Source: Saccharolobus solfataricus P2 | Lineage (GTDB): Archaea; Thermoproteota; Thermoprotei_A; Sulfolobales; Sulfolobaceae | Assembly: GCF_000007005.1 (NCBI RefSeq) | Contig: NC_002754.1 | DNA: 64,000 nucleotides | Reading direction: 5' to 3' (one strand) | In this document: in pieces, positions 53,886 through 63,874 of the stretch | Numbering within the stretch: the stretch's first letter is position 1 | How the letters are laid out: each line of letters begins with the position of its first letter | Program-made: the position numbers and the translations under genes | Notes under the pieces: model-generated | Told to the model about the DNA's origin: nothing | Database searches by the model: none | The model's input: only the letters and a program-made list of their open reading frames with translations

Positions 53886-55324
53886 CAGTGGTGTTTCACC
53901 AATTTTACTCAAAATGATACAATTTCTATGGAAGAGAAAAATATCAGAGCGGAGTTAGAAAAATCGGCTTATTTCAACACAAGAAGCAAAAAATTTTCAT
54001 ATTTGTTGAAGAAACTAACAGAAAACGAGTTTATATATAAAGAGTAATACCATTTGTCTAGTATTATCAATAGAGGAAAGTAGGTGGAAGGACGAGATGA
54101 ACAAGAAAAGGTTAAAGCGAGGGACTCCATAACTCCGTTATGCAAACCATACAAGTATCCAAAACGGAGCTGAAGTCCCTCGCTATAACTTTAGCAACAA
54201 ACAATATTAACGTTATCTCTCAAGATCTAGACCCGGAAATAGTGAAAGCAGCACCATCCTTGCTAACCGGAAACAGAGGAAAATACTACTTGAAGGTAGT
54301 AAGACGAGGCGAGAAAGTAATTAGTAAAGGTCAGAGAACCTTCAAGTTCTACCCAATCTACAGAGAAGTAAAGGGAGAGATCAACGTAGTCGCTGTAGAT
54401 GAGACCGGATTAACCGTGGGAGAAAAGGAACAAGAAAAAGCAGAGGGCTTTCTACTCTACAACTGGAAGAGAAAAGGAGTAAAGATGAGATCCTTGGACC
54501 TCGTATATCCCTTAAGGTTACCCCTCCTAGTGGAGGTAGCAGATTTGAGAAGCGACAGTCCATCACAGTTCCTACTCAGGAGCGTGAGGGAAGTAAGCCA
54601 ATACATGGAAATAGATTACGTTGTAGCTGACGCCGGATTCTTGAACCTAGGGGTCATCAAGGAAATGCCCGTGAAGACCATTGTGAGAGGAAAGTCGAAC
54701 TTGAAGGGATTCAAGGAACTATCTAACGTTCCATTAGTTGAGAAGAGATACGAGGTTAAGGACAAGGTTTACGTTGCGTATAGGGTCTTGGAATTTGAAG
54801 GGCTTTATTATTACGATGTGGTTTACGTTAAGGGAAAGCCGAGGCACTTCATGTTCGTGACGAACTTCGAGGGAGATCCCTATGAACTGGCTGAACTCTA
54901 TAGGTTGAGGTGGCAGGTTGAGGAGGGTTTCAAGGTTAGGAAGGCAAGGATAAGGTATGTTAGGAAGTTGAGTAATAAGATCTTCTTGTTCCTCTATTAC
55001 ACGGTTCTGGATTCTGCGTGGAATCTAGTGAATCATCTTCTCTTTAACTTCAAGTCCACGTGTAAGAAGGTTTTGTCCTTCGATTCATTCGTCAAGCTTC
55101 TCTAACTTTCTCGGTGTTCAGAGGAGACTATGCACGTCGTTTTCACCACGTGAGAAAAATTCAGAATTCTCCTCTTATTATTAGAATTGTACGCTATATT
55201 TTTTGCAAATTACCTTAACATGTTATGTTTCATAATAATTTTATTGTTTTTCTCTATATCAATCTCTTTTTGAAAGTGCTAATATTATATCTTTCAAATG
55301 AAATAATTTGGTGAAACACCACTG
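53886..55324 (+). mobile_element. ISC1439 (ISH3/IS4-type), copy A
   Basis: Exactly 1439 bp between TIRs CAGTGGTGTTTCACCAA / TTGGTGAAACACCACTG. Confidence 0.95.
54140..55105 (+). CDS. ISC1439 DDE transposase
   Basis: AVDET, VADAGF, YRLRWQVEEGFK motifs. Confidence 0.95.
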   Translation: MQTIQVSKTELKSLAITLATNNINVISQDLDPEIVKAAPSLLTGNRGKYYLKVVRRGEKVISKGQRTFKFYPIYREVKGEINVVAVDETGLTVGEKEQEKAEGFLLYNWKRKGVKMRSLDLVYPLRLPLLVEVADLRSDSPSQFLLRSVREVSQYMEIDYVVADAGFLNLGVIKEMPVKTIVRGKSNLKGFKELSNVPLVEKRYEVKDKVYVAYRVLEFEGLYYYDVVYVKGKPRHFMFVTNFEGDPYELAELYRLRWQVEEGFKVRKARIRYVRKLSNKIFLFLYYTVLDSAWNLVNHLLFNFKSTCKKVLSFDSFVKLL

Positions 55325-56418
55325 GTGTAAATATGCAAGTGCAAGTAGTAATAGAGGATACAGCAACTAATCCACAGACTGCTCTTTCCGATTTGCAGAC
55401 TTTATACTCCCAAGGAGTTAAGCTAGTAATTGGGCCATTTTCAAGTGGTGAATTGAGGCAAATAATGTCTTATGCTGAAAGTAATGGCATAATGCTCTTC
55501 TCCCCATCATCAACTTCTCCTGCGTTAGCAACACCCGATAGGATTAACGGAACTATATTTAGAGATGTGCCTAATGATACCTATCAAGGGGCTGTAATAG
55601 CAAACATAATGTATCAGCAAGGTATTAGGGCAATAGCAGTAATATGGAGAGGAGATACTTATGGTGATGGATTAGTAAGCGTAGTAAATAAGACATTTAC
55701 TGCGTTAGGTGGAAAGGTAATGCTTGTGGCTAGATATGATCCTTCTACCACAGATTTTTCCAGCTATGTAAGTACTCTAGCAAATACTATTAGTCAGTTA
55801 ATTAACCAGTATGGTAAAGATCACGTAGCTGTTTATGACGTTTCTTTTGAGGAAGGAGCTAGTATACTTCAATTGGCCAGTCAATATCCCCAATTAACGG
55901 AGGTTAAATGGTACGGTTCAGATGGTACTGCTGGTGTTGGATCAATAGTACAGAATCCAGTAGCTGCACAAGTTGCAGTTGAAACACTATTCCTAAATCC
56001 TATTGCAGCACCTGCCCATACAGTATTCTATGATCAATTAACCCAACACTTCAATAAAACCCTTCAAGCTTATTCCTATATAACATATGACATATTCTGG
56101 ATATACTTTTACAGTGTATTAAAAGTGGGAAGTGATAATGTAACTGCTATTAAATCAATTTTACCAAAAGTAGCTGCTAAGTTCTATGGTGCATCAGGAT
56201 ATCACTTGTTTGACAAATATGGTGATAGAGTTTCTGGTATTTATCAATTGCAGATAGTAAATAAGACAGCCTCCGGTTACGAATGGACTATCTATGGTGT
56301 CTATGATGTTACCACGCATACATTAACCATAGGATTCCCTCCAGCTGCTCAACCCCCACAAGGCTATCTTTATCCAGATGATCCCCAAGCTATGTCTAAG
56401 TTAAGTAGTATAAGTTAA
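55325..56418 (+). pseudogene. C-terminal part of a LivK-type ABC substrate-binding protein (gene split by IS insertion and inversion)
   Basis: IGPFSSG, SPSSTSP periplasmic-binding motifs; lacks N-terminus, which is found at 63875-64000 on the minus strand. Confidence 0.9.
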
Positions 56419-56438
56419 TATTAAAGGGGTGTTGTTTT

Positions 56439-57185
56439 TTGTCTCTTCTTAAATTGGATTCCGTTTCTAAGTATTTCGGTGGTATTAAGGCATTAGATAG
56501 TGTAACATTAGAGATTGAGAATTCCAAATTCACTTTACTTATAGGACCTAATGGAAGCGGGAAGTCGACTTTAATCAACGTTGTAACTGGCATTTATAAA
56601 CCAGACTCTGGAAGTATTTTTCTTGAAGATAGAAACATAACTGGAAAGAAACCCCACGAGTTGTATAAACTAGGAATAGTTAGAACTTTTCAAAACCCAC
56701 AGATTTTTCCTAATTTATCAGTATTGGATAACGTAATTTTAGGCATATCGCCAATTAAGGGTGAATCAATACTTAGATCGTTGTTTAAGCCCATTTGGCT
56801 TAGGGAGGAAGAAGAGTTAGCAGAAAAGGCATATAATATTTTAAAAATAGTGAAGTTGGATAGGTTGTGGGATAGACCGGCAAGAGAATTAAGTGGAGGA
56901 CAATTAAAGTTACTGGAAATTGCGAGATCACTAATGACTAGACCTAGGCTTTTGGTTATGGATGAACCATTGGCTGGAGTCAATCCGCAATTAGCAAAAG
57001 AAATATTGAATATCCTTACAGATCTCAAGAGGGACATAGGGATCTTTGTTGTGGAACATAGATTAGATATAGTTGCTAATTATGCTGATTACGTGTATGC
57101 AATGTTCATGGGAAAGGTAATAGCTAAAGGTTCAGTAAATGATGTGCTTAATAACCCCACCGTAGTAGATGCGTATCTAGGGTGA
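56439..57185 (+). CDS. livG: Branched-chain amino acid ABC ATPase (LivG-like)
   Basis: GPNGSGKS, VRTFQ, LSGGQ, MDEP. Confidence 0.92.
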   Translation: MSLLKLDSVSKYFGGIKALDSVTLEIENSKFTLLIGPNGSGKSTLINVVTGIYKPDSGSIFLEDRNITGKKPHELYKLGIVRTFQNPQIFPNLSVLDNVILGISPIKGESILRSLFKPIWLREEEELAEKAYNILKIVKLDRLWDRPARELSGGQLKLLEIARSLMTRPRLLVMDEPLAGVNPQLAKEILNILTDLKRDIGIFVVEHRLDIVANYADYVYAMFMGKVIAKGSVNDVLNNPTVVDAYLG

Positions 57186-57191
57186 TGGCAG

Positions 57192-57902
57192 ATGTTAGAG
57201 ACGGTTAAACTTAATGCGGGTTATGGCAAATTACAGATCCTATTCGATGTGGATTTTATTGCAAGTAAGAAGCAAATCATAACTATTGTAGGACCTAATG
57301 GAAGTGGGAAGTCCACATTCCTTAAGACCCTAGTAGGTTTAACTAACGTAATATCTGGGAAAATAATATTTGAGGGAGATGATATAACTAGATTTCCTCC
57401 CTATAAGAGATCTAGAAAAGGATTAGTTTACGTTGCTCAAATTGATAATGTGTTTAGATCATTAACTGTCGAAGAGAATTTCAAACTATCCTCGTATAAT
57501 CTAAGTGAAAATGAATATAACGAGAGGATGGAAATTATATTTACGTTATTTAGTCAGATTAGAGACATCTTAAAGAGAAAAGTATATCAGTTAAGTGGGG
57601 GGCAGAGACAGATGGTAGCCATATCGCTAGCATTATTAAGAAAACCTAAGATATTACTTCTTGACGAACCTACAGCTCAGTTAGCTCCTAAAATAGCTAA
57701 TGAGGTCTTTAAAAAGATTGTTGAGATAAGGGATTTAACTGAGGTGGGAATAATATTGGTGGAACAAAATGCGAAGAAAGCTCTAGAGATAGCTGATAAC
57801 GCGTATTTGTTCACAAGTGGAAGGGTTCTCTTTAAAGGTAAACCAGTAGAACTTTTATCAAATCCTGACTTAGGAAAAATCTTCTTAGGTTTAGGGGTGT
57901 AA
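57192..57902 (+). CDS. livF: Branched-chain amino acid ABC ATPase (LivF-like)
   Basis: GPNGSGKS, LSGGQRQM, LDEP, VEQN. Confidence 0.92.
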   Translation: MLETVKLNAGYGKLQILFDVDFIASKKQIITIVGPNGSGKSTFLKTLVGLTNVISGKIIFEGDDITRFPPYKRSRKGLVYVAQIDNVFRSLTVEENFKLSSYNLSENEYNERMEIIFTLFSQIRDILKRKVYQLSGGQRQMVAISLALLRKPKILLLDEPTAQLAPKIANEVFKKIVEIRDLTEVGIILVEQNAKKALEIADNAYLFTSGRVLFKGKPVELLSNPDLGKIFLGLGV

Positions 57903-57908
57903 GTCAAA

Positions 57909-58826
57909 ATGATAGATCCTCTGATTATAAATACAATAGTTTACGGTTCGATTCTTGGTTTATCAAGTCTCTCCCTAACTTTAACTTACTTAACAACTAA
58001 AGTACCTAATTTCGCTCACGGTATCTTTCTGTTGTTTGGTTCCTATATGACCTTTACCATAGCCGAAGTCTTAAAACAGAATCCGTACATTTCGCTACCT
58101 ATCGCATTCTTATTAGGTGGGGCAATTGCATTACTCCAATACTATGGTGTGTTACTGCCGTTAAGTATGAGAGGTGGCGGTTTAGTATCACAAATGGTTG
58201 CTACTCTAGCCTTTTCCATTTTACTGTATGGAGGATTAAACGCATATGCAAGTTATCTTGGCTATGTGTATAATGTGCAATCTAGAGATGTAACGCTAGG
58301 ATTCTTAGATTACGAAATAGGAGGGATTAGAGCTGTTTTCCTAATTTCCATCATCTTAGCAATAGCATTCATACTCTCACTTTATATCTTCTTGAATAAG
58401 ACTAGATTAGGAATATCCATTAGGGCTACAGTTGAGAACTCGTCACTAGCTGAAAGCATGGGTATAAACACGAAACTAGTTAAGGCGATTTCTTGGTTTT
58501 TAGCTGGAGGTATAGCAAGTACTGCCGGCTCCTTATATCCTCTACAATTTGTATTTTCACCTACATTAGCGTACTCGATATTACTAAGTATATTCGCAGC
58601 AAGTGTACTAGGAGGTCTAATGAGCCTATTCGGTGGATTCATTGGTGGATTCATTGAGGGATTCATAGAAAAATACATCATGACTGAATTATCAATCTAT
58701 CTGTCTCCACTAATAGGAGTGAGTCCTTTCGTTATTAACCAGTATTCAACACTGGTTCCTCTTATAGTAGTAGCAGCAGTTCTCCTGATAGCTCCAAACG
58801 GAATTATGGGAGTGAGGGTGAAATAA
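57909..58826 (+). CDS. livH: ABC permease (LivH-like)
   Basis: VPNFAHG, TRLGISIRATVEN, GINTKLV motifs. Confidence 0.9.
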   Translation: MIDPLIINTIVYGSILGLSSLSLTLTYLTTKVPNFAHGIFLLFGSYMTFTIAEVLKQNPYISLPIAFLLGGAIALLQYYGVLLPLSMRGGGLVSQMVATLAFSILLYGGLNAYASYLGYVYNVQSRDVTLGFLDYEIGGIRAVFLISIILAIAFILSLYIFLNKTRLGISIRATVENSSLAESMGINTKLVKAISWFLAGGIASTAGSLYPLQFVFSPTLAYSILLSIFAASVLGGLMSLFGGFIGGFIEGFIEKYIMTELSIYLSPLIGVSPFVINQYSTLVPLIVVAAVLLIAPNGIMGVRVK

Positions 58827-59863
58827 TGGTAGTAGATATTTCCTCCCTCATTTTAGCCATACTCCTAGACTTTTCAGTATATTTAATGGTAGTAATATCG
58901 TTAAATGTAGAAATAGGATTAACTGGAGTTCCAAATTTCGGTAGAGTCCTAGCATATGCTGGAGGAGCCTTCATAGCTGGAGCAGTACCTGGGAGGATTT
59001 TGCAAATAATATATGGACTTCACGGTGATTATATTCTTAATAATCCCTCTATAATAGCAGAAATAAACGATAAATTGCTTGAACAACCATTAATGGCTCT
59101 CGCCATTTTAATTCTTACCTTAGCTCTAGCTGGGATAGTCGGAGCAACCTTAGGTTATATTTCCTCCTATCCAGCCTTAAGATTAAGAGAAGATTATCTG
59201 GGAATATTACTATTAGTAGCTGGGACTTCACTAGTAGTAGTAGGGATTACTTATCCACCAATAGTAGGAGGTACAGTAGGCGTTCAAGTTCCCGCTGTTT
59301 TTAATGCACTTCTAGGTCAAGGAGCTAGTTTATATTACAAGATATCAATATTGTTGCTAGTATTCTCACTAATTATGCTACTTCTATTCAATTTAATATC
59401 AAACTCTCCAATGGGAAGAGCATTTAGAGCTGTTAGAGAAAATGAGGATTTAGTAGAAGTTTTAGGTAGAGATATAGGTGTAATCAGAGGTAAGGCAATG
59501 GCGTTGGGAGGATTTCTTGCCGGTGTAGCAGGATCACTTTACGCTTTTTACATAGGTTCAGTATTTGCAGGTGCATTCGATAATTTAACGTGGTCATTTA
59601 ACCCGTATTTAATGCTAATATTGGGAGGCGCAGGGACTTCAATAGGTGCATTGCTAGGTGCCCTGATATATTCCACCTTATATCACGTTATCGATTTGTA
59701 TAAGCAGACAATAGGATATTATCTGCATTTCGATGCAGTATGGCTACAGTATATGCTATTTGGACTTGTACTAACAATAATCCTTATATTACGACCTCAA
59801 GGTATCGTAGTTGAAAAAGCCAAACCATTAGTAAAACCGAAAGCTAAGGACCAGAAAACCTAA
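58826..59863 (+). CDS. livM: ABC permease (LivM-like)
   Basis: GLTGVPNFG, LRLREDYL, SPMGRAFRAVREN, RPQGI. Confidence 0.9.
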   Translation: MVVDISSLILAILLDFSVYLMVVISLNVEIGLTGVPNFGRVLAYAGGAFIAGAVPGRILQIIYGLHGDYILNNPSIIAEINDKLLEQPLMALAILILTLALAGIVGATLGYISSYPALRLREDYLGILLLVAGTSLVVVGITYPPIVGGTVGVQVPAVFNALLGQGASLYYKISILLLVFSLIMLLLFNLISNSPMGRAFRAVRENEDLVEVLGRDIGVIRGKAMALGGFLAGVAGSLYAFYIGSVFAGAFDNLTWSFNPYLMLILGGAGTSIGALLGALIYSTLYHVIDLYKQTIGYYLHFDAVWLQYMLFGLVLTIILILRPQGIVVEKAKPLVKPKAKDQKT

Positions 59864-61029
59864 CTAGTTAAAGAAATTTTTCTTGTTATAAGTTATCTGA
59901 TACCACTAATAAAATGCGGAGCTGAATTTCTATAAAGTAGAACATCCGAGGACAACCAAACTAACCAGGTACGAAACTGACTCGGGCCTTAAAAATAGAG
60001 ACTTTTAATTCTAAAGGAAAGATAAAAGCAATGTCTTCTATTCTAAAGAGCGATTCAGAGCTCCTTTGCGATTTCAATTTGTTTCTCTAAAAACAGATAA
60101 GAATAATTGATTCTACATTTTCGATAATACTAATAAGAGACGAGCGTGAGGTAATATCATGGAAACCATAACAATTGAAGAGAAAGCCCTCTACAACCTC
60201 ACTCAGTGAAGTGAGGTCATAGAAGAGCTTAAACATCTCAACGGAAACCTCATGCTCGTCCCCAATATACTATCTGAAGACGCCCTATTAAACAAATCGG
60301 TCAAGGAGATTGAGAAAATAGCCTTAGAAGAGGCTGATAAGACTAGCCCAAAACACGTGAGGGGTAAGAAGATAAGAAGGAAAGGTTACGCAAAGTACAG
60401 ATTCCTCAAGGGATTCAAGATCATGTTAAAAGGGAGAGAAGACATTTACAAGCTAGAGCGAATCTCAGTGGAACTACCCGTACTGTACAGTGATAAGGGA
60501 AGGGTGAAGACTCAAGTGGAGGAAAGGTTATTAAGGGAGGAGAAGGTGTTCAAGGCTCTGATGACCGTCTATTCTGTGCTAGGAGGTAAGTTGAACGCCA
60601 AGCTGTGGATGCTCGAGATCCAAGTGAGTGGTGATTTCAAGTATGTAATAGTTGATGGGAAGTACGTGAAGCTCAAGGGAGGAAGGGGGTCCTTCTCTGC
60701 GATTGGTGTGACAGAGGAAGGCAAGAGGGCCGTTCTGGACATAACCTTAAGTGTAGAGAAGAACGCCATGGGTTATTGGAGGCTCTTGGTTAGGGTTTGG
60801 AAGAAGTATAGTTCGTCTTGATGGTAGTTGATGGAACTAAGGCGTTGGATAAGATCTCTCTGGCTGAACTTCAAGTAAGAAGGCTAGGATGCCTAGTTCA
60901 CCTCAAGCGCAACGCGACCGAGGAGGAGAGAGGCGTTAAACATCATCTCCTCTGCAGAGAGCGGTGAAATTAAGCCCGAGACCTGCCCGAGGCTCTTGAG
61001 TTACCTTATATATAAAACATATTATTCAG

Positions 61030-61155
61030 ATCTATGCAATAGAGATCTTACTGGGGTTGAGGCCTTACAAACCCCTGGGAGTGAAGCTCGGACAGTAGCT
61101 TGGCCTCCTCCAATTCGGACCGGAAGTTGAGCTTGAAGCCCGAATAAGGGTGAGT
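61030..61155 (+). ncRNA. Putative IS110 bridge RNA region in the left non-coding end
   Basis: Stem-loops (AGATCT pair, GGGGTT/AACCCC, AAGCTC/GAGCTT); ACCGGAAG 61119-61126 equals right-end terminus 62137-62144; ATAAG 61144-61148 is complementary to core+left end CTTAT. Confidence 0.5.
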
Positions 61156-61159
61156 ATAC

Positions 61160-62071
61160 ATGGAGGCCCCAGTTGCCGGAATAGATGTATCAAGAGATAA
61201 ATTAGTAGTCTATTTCCAAGGTAAATACTACGAGTTCACTAATAATAAGCTGAAGGAGTAAAGCAAGTCTTGCCTAAGGGCTGTAAAGTGGCTATAGAAA
61301 GTACGGGAGTTTACCACATTAACTTGGCTAAGTACTTGGGTAAAGAGTACGACGTGAGGATTATTAATCCCCTCATACTCAAGAAGTTCAAGGACTTTGG
61401 GGATAAGAAGAGTGACAAGAATGATAAAAAGCTCGCTGAGCTAGTTGTAAGTATGGGCAGTAAGCTTACAACGAGTGAGGCTAAGGAGTTAACAAGCCAA
61501 TGGGATTTTATCACAAGGAGTATTGCTAGGGTTAAGAACAGGTTAAGGAGGGATTTAATACTTCTAGGCTATAAGGACAGTTTGTCCGGGAAGAACTTGA
61601 ATGAAGTATTGAGAGGGGAGGATAATATAGTGTTATCTGAGGTTTCCTTCTGGGTGAGTTGGAGAGGCTTGAGGCTGGGAGATTGAGGAAAGGTTTAAAA
61701 ATGCAGTTCCTAAGGATAGTTTGATCTTCACGATTCTGGGTATTGGCAGAACGCTGGGTTGTATAATTTTAGCAAGGGTTGGTGATGTTAAGCGTTTTGG
61801 TGACAAGAAGAGGTTTGTTGCTTATTGTGGTCTCGATCCTCTTGTTGAGTCCGGTGTTGTATCGAGAGGCATATCTAGGTGATGCTGTTTTGAGGAGTTC
61901 TACCTTGCAGCTTTGATTGCTATCAAGGTTAATCCTATTATCAAGCGTTTTTACGAGGAGCATAAGGGTAGGCTTAGGGGTAAGAAGTTGATTACTGCTT
62001 GTGCCAGGAAGCTTGCTGTTATTACTTGGGCTGTGCTGTATTATAATAAGCCCTTTGATGCTAACGAGTAA
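61160..62071 (+). pseudogene. IS110 DEDD recombinase, multiple frameshifts/stops
   Basis: GIDVS, AIESTG, KKSDKND, GIG...ILARVGD, YCGLDP, ARKLAV...YNKPF motifs across frames. Confidence 0.9.
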
Positions 62072-62435
62072 AGCAGGTGATATCACTTGAATAAGTAGTG
62101 TGTACTATGCTCGATTTTTTCACGGAAAGGTTTTATACCGGAAGCTCTCAGCTTCCAAGGAACTTTGGAAGTGAATCTAATAACTTAATCGAGTCCTTCA
62201 ACTCCCTCTTGGAAAGGAGATTCGGTAAGTTTCACTCCCCTTGGAGGATGCTCCAGATCGCTCGAACCATAGCTAATAACTATAACCTATTAACCTATTT
62301 TCTCATTATTGTAATAATATTACATTGTACCTATTCTTCTCGCTTTATCAGAAATATTCACAATAATTTCTTCATCGAATTATCTTAATTCATAGTGAAT
62401 ATTACAATTCGCAATGGAAACATGAATCGCCCATT

Positions 62436-63874
62436 CAGTGGTGTTTCACCAAATTATTTCATTTGAAAGATATAATATTAGTCCTTTCAAAAAGAGATTG
62501 ATATAGAGAAAAACAATAAAATTATTATGAAACATAACATGTTAAGGTAATTTGCAAAAAATATAGCGTACAATTCTAATAATAAGAGGAGAATTCTGAA
62601 TTTTTCTCACGTGGTGAAAACGACGTGCATAGTCTCCTCTGAACACCGAGAAAGTTAGAGAAGCTTGACGAATGAATCGAAGGACAAAACCTTCTTACAC
62701 GTGGACTTGAAGTTAAAGAGAAGATGATTCACTAGATTCCACGCAGAATCCAGAACCGTGTAATAGAGGAACAAGAAGATCTTATTACTCAACTTCCTAA
62801 CATACCTTATCCTTGCCTTCCTAACCTTAAAACCCTCCTCAACCTGCCACCTCAACCTATAGAGTTCAGCCAGTTCATAGGGATCTCCCTCGAAGTTCGT
62901 TACGAACATGAAGTGCCTCGGCTTTCCCTTAACGTAAACCACATCGTAATAATAAAGCCCTTCAAATTCCAAGACCCTATACGCAACGTAAACCTTGTCC
63001 TTAACCTCGTATCTCTTCTCAACTAATGGAACGTTAGATAGTTCCTTGAATCCCTTCAAGTTCGACTTCCCTCTCACAATGGTCTTCACGGGCATTTCCT
63101 TGATGACCCCTAGGTTCAAGAATCCGGCGTCAGCTACAACGTAATCTATTTCCATGTATTGGCTTACTTCCCTCACGCTCCTGAGTAGGAACTGTGATGG
63201 ACTGTCGCTTCTCAAATCTGCTACCTCCACTAGGAGGGGTAACCTTAAGGGATATACGAGGTCCAAGGATCTCATCTTTATTCCTTTTCTCTTCCAGTTG
63301 TAGAGTAGAAAGCCCTCTGCTTTTTCTTGTTCCTTTTCTCCCACGGTTAATCCGGTCTCATCTACAGCGACTACGTTGGTCTCTCCCTTTACTTCTCTGT
63401 AGATTGGGTAGAACTTGAAGGTTCTCTGACCTTTACTAATTACTTTCTCGCCTTGTCTTACTACCTTCAAGTAGTATTTTCCTCTGTTTCCGGTTAGCAA
63501 GGATGGCGCTGCTTTCACTATTTCCGGGTCTAGATCTTGAGAGATAACGTTAATATTGATTGTTGCTAAATTTATAGCGAGGGACTTCAGCTCCGTTTTG
63601 GATACTTGTATGGTTTGCATAACGGAGTTATGGAGTCCCTCGCTTTAACCTTTTCTTGTTCATCTCGTCCTTCCACCTACTTTCCTCTATTGATAATACT
63701 AGACAAATGGTATTACTCTTTATATATAAACTCGTTTTCTGTTAGTTTCTTCAACAAATATGAAAATTTTTTGCTTCTTGTGTTGAAATAAGCCGATTTT
63801 TCTAACTCCGCTCTGATATTTTTCTCTTCCATAGAAATTGTATCATTTTGAGTAAAATTGGTGAAACACCACTG
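62436..63874 (-). mobile_element. ISC1439, copy B (inverted relative to copy A)
   Basis: 1439 bp, same TIRs. Confidence 0.95.
62655..63620 (-). CDS. ISC1439 DDE transposase
   Basis: 321 aa, five substitutions relative to copy A. Confidence 0.95.
   Translation of the reverse strand: MQTIQVSKTELKSLAINLATININVISQDLDPEIVKAAPSLLTGNRGKYYLKVVRQGEKVISKGQRTFKFYPIYREVKGETNVVAVDETGLTVGEKEQEKAEGFLLYNWKRKGIKMRSLDLVYPLRLPLLVEVADLRSDSPSQFLLRSVREVSQYMEIDYVVADAGFLNLGVIKEMPVKTIVRGKSNLKGFKELSNVPLVEKRYEVKDKVYVAYRVLEFEGLYYYDVVYVKGKPRHFMFVTNFEGDPYELAELYRLRWQVEEGFKVRKARIRYVRKLSNKIFLFLYYTVLDSAWNLVNHLLFNFKSTCKKVLSFDSFVKLL

Larger units (their letters stand above)
61005..62146 (+). mobile_element. IS110-family element (ISC1190-like), decayed, flanked by CT cores
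   Basis: No TIRs; CT at 61005-61006 and 62145-62146; removal restores the IS256 frame (SYLSASKELWK). An alternative junction (61011-62150) also restores frame. Confidence 0.8.
60159..62388 (+). pseudogene. IS256 (mutator) transposase, stops/frameshifts, split by IS110
   Basis: ATG 60159 after GTGAGGT; YVIVDGKYV, AIGVTEEG, VVDG, CLVHLKRN before the insert; NNLIESFNSLLERR after it. Confidence 0.85.
60048..62432 (+). mobile_element. IS256-family element (ISC1250-like) interrupted by an IS110 element
   Basis: Imperfect TIRs GAGCGATTCA... (60048) and ...TGAATCGCCC (62432); 2385 bp minus the 1140-bp insert leaves 1245 bp. Confidence 0.75.

Noticed and set aside
53969-54154. 61-aa ORF repeated at 63606-63791
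   Set aside because: Antisense ORF inside the ISC1439 left end, duplicated only because the IS is.
55216-55224. AACATGTT, matching the Sulfolobus ARA-box, upstream of the truncated binding-protein gene
   Set aside because: Lies inside ISC1439 and is present in both copies; no evidence it is regulatory.
60204-60212. In-frame TGA near the start of the IS256 transposase as recoding signal
   Set aside because: Gene has several other lesions; simple nonsense mutation is sufficient.
60039-62445. Target-site duplication for the IS256-family element
   Set aside because: Left flank TATTCTAAA does not match the restored right flank ATTTAACTA; lowers confidence in the exact ends.
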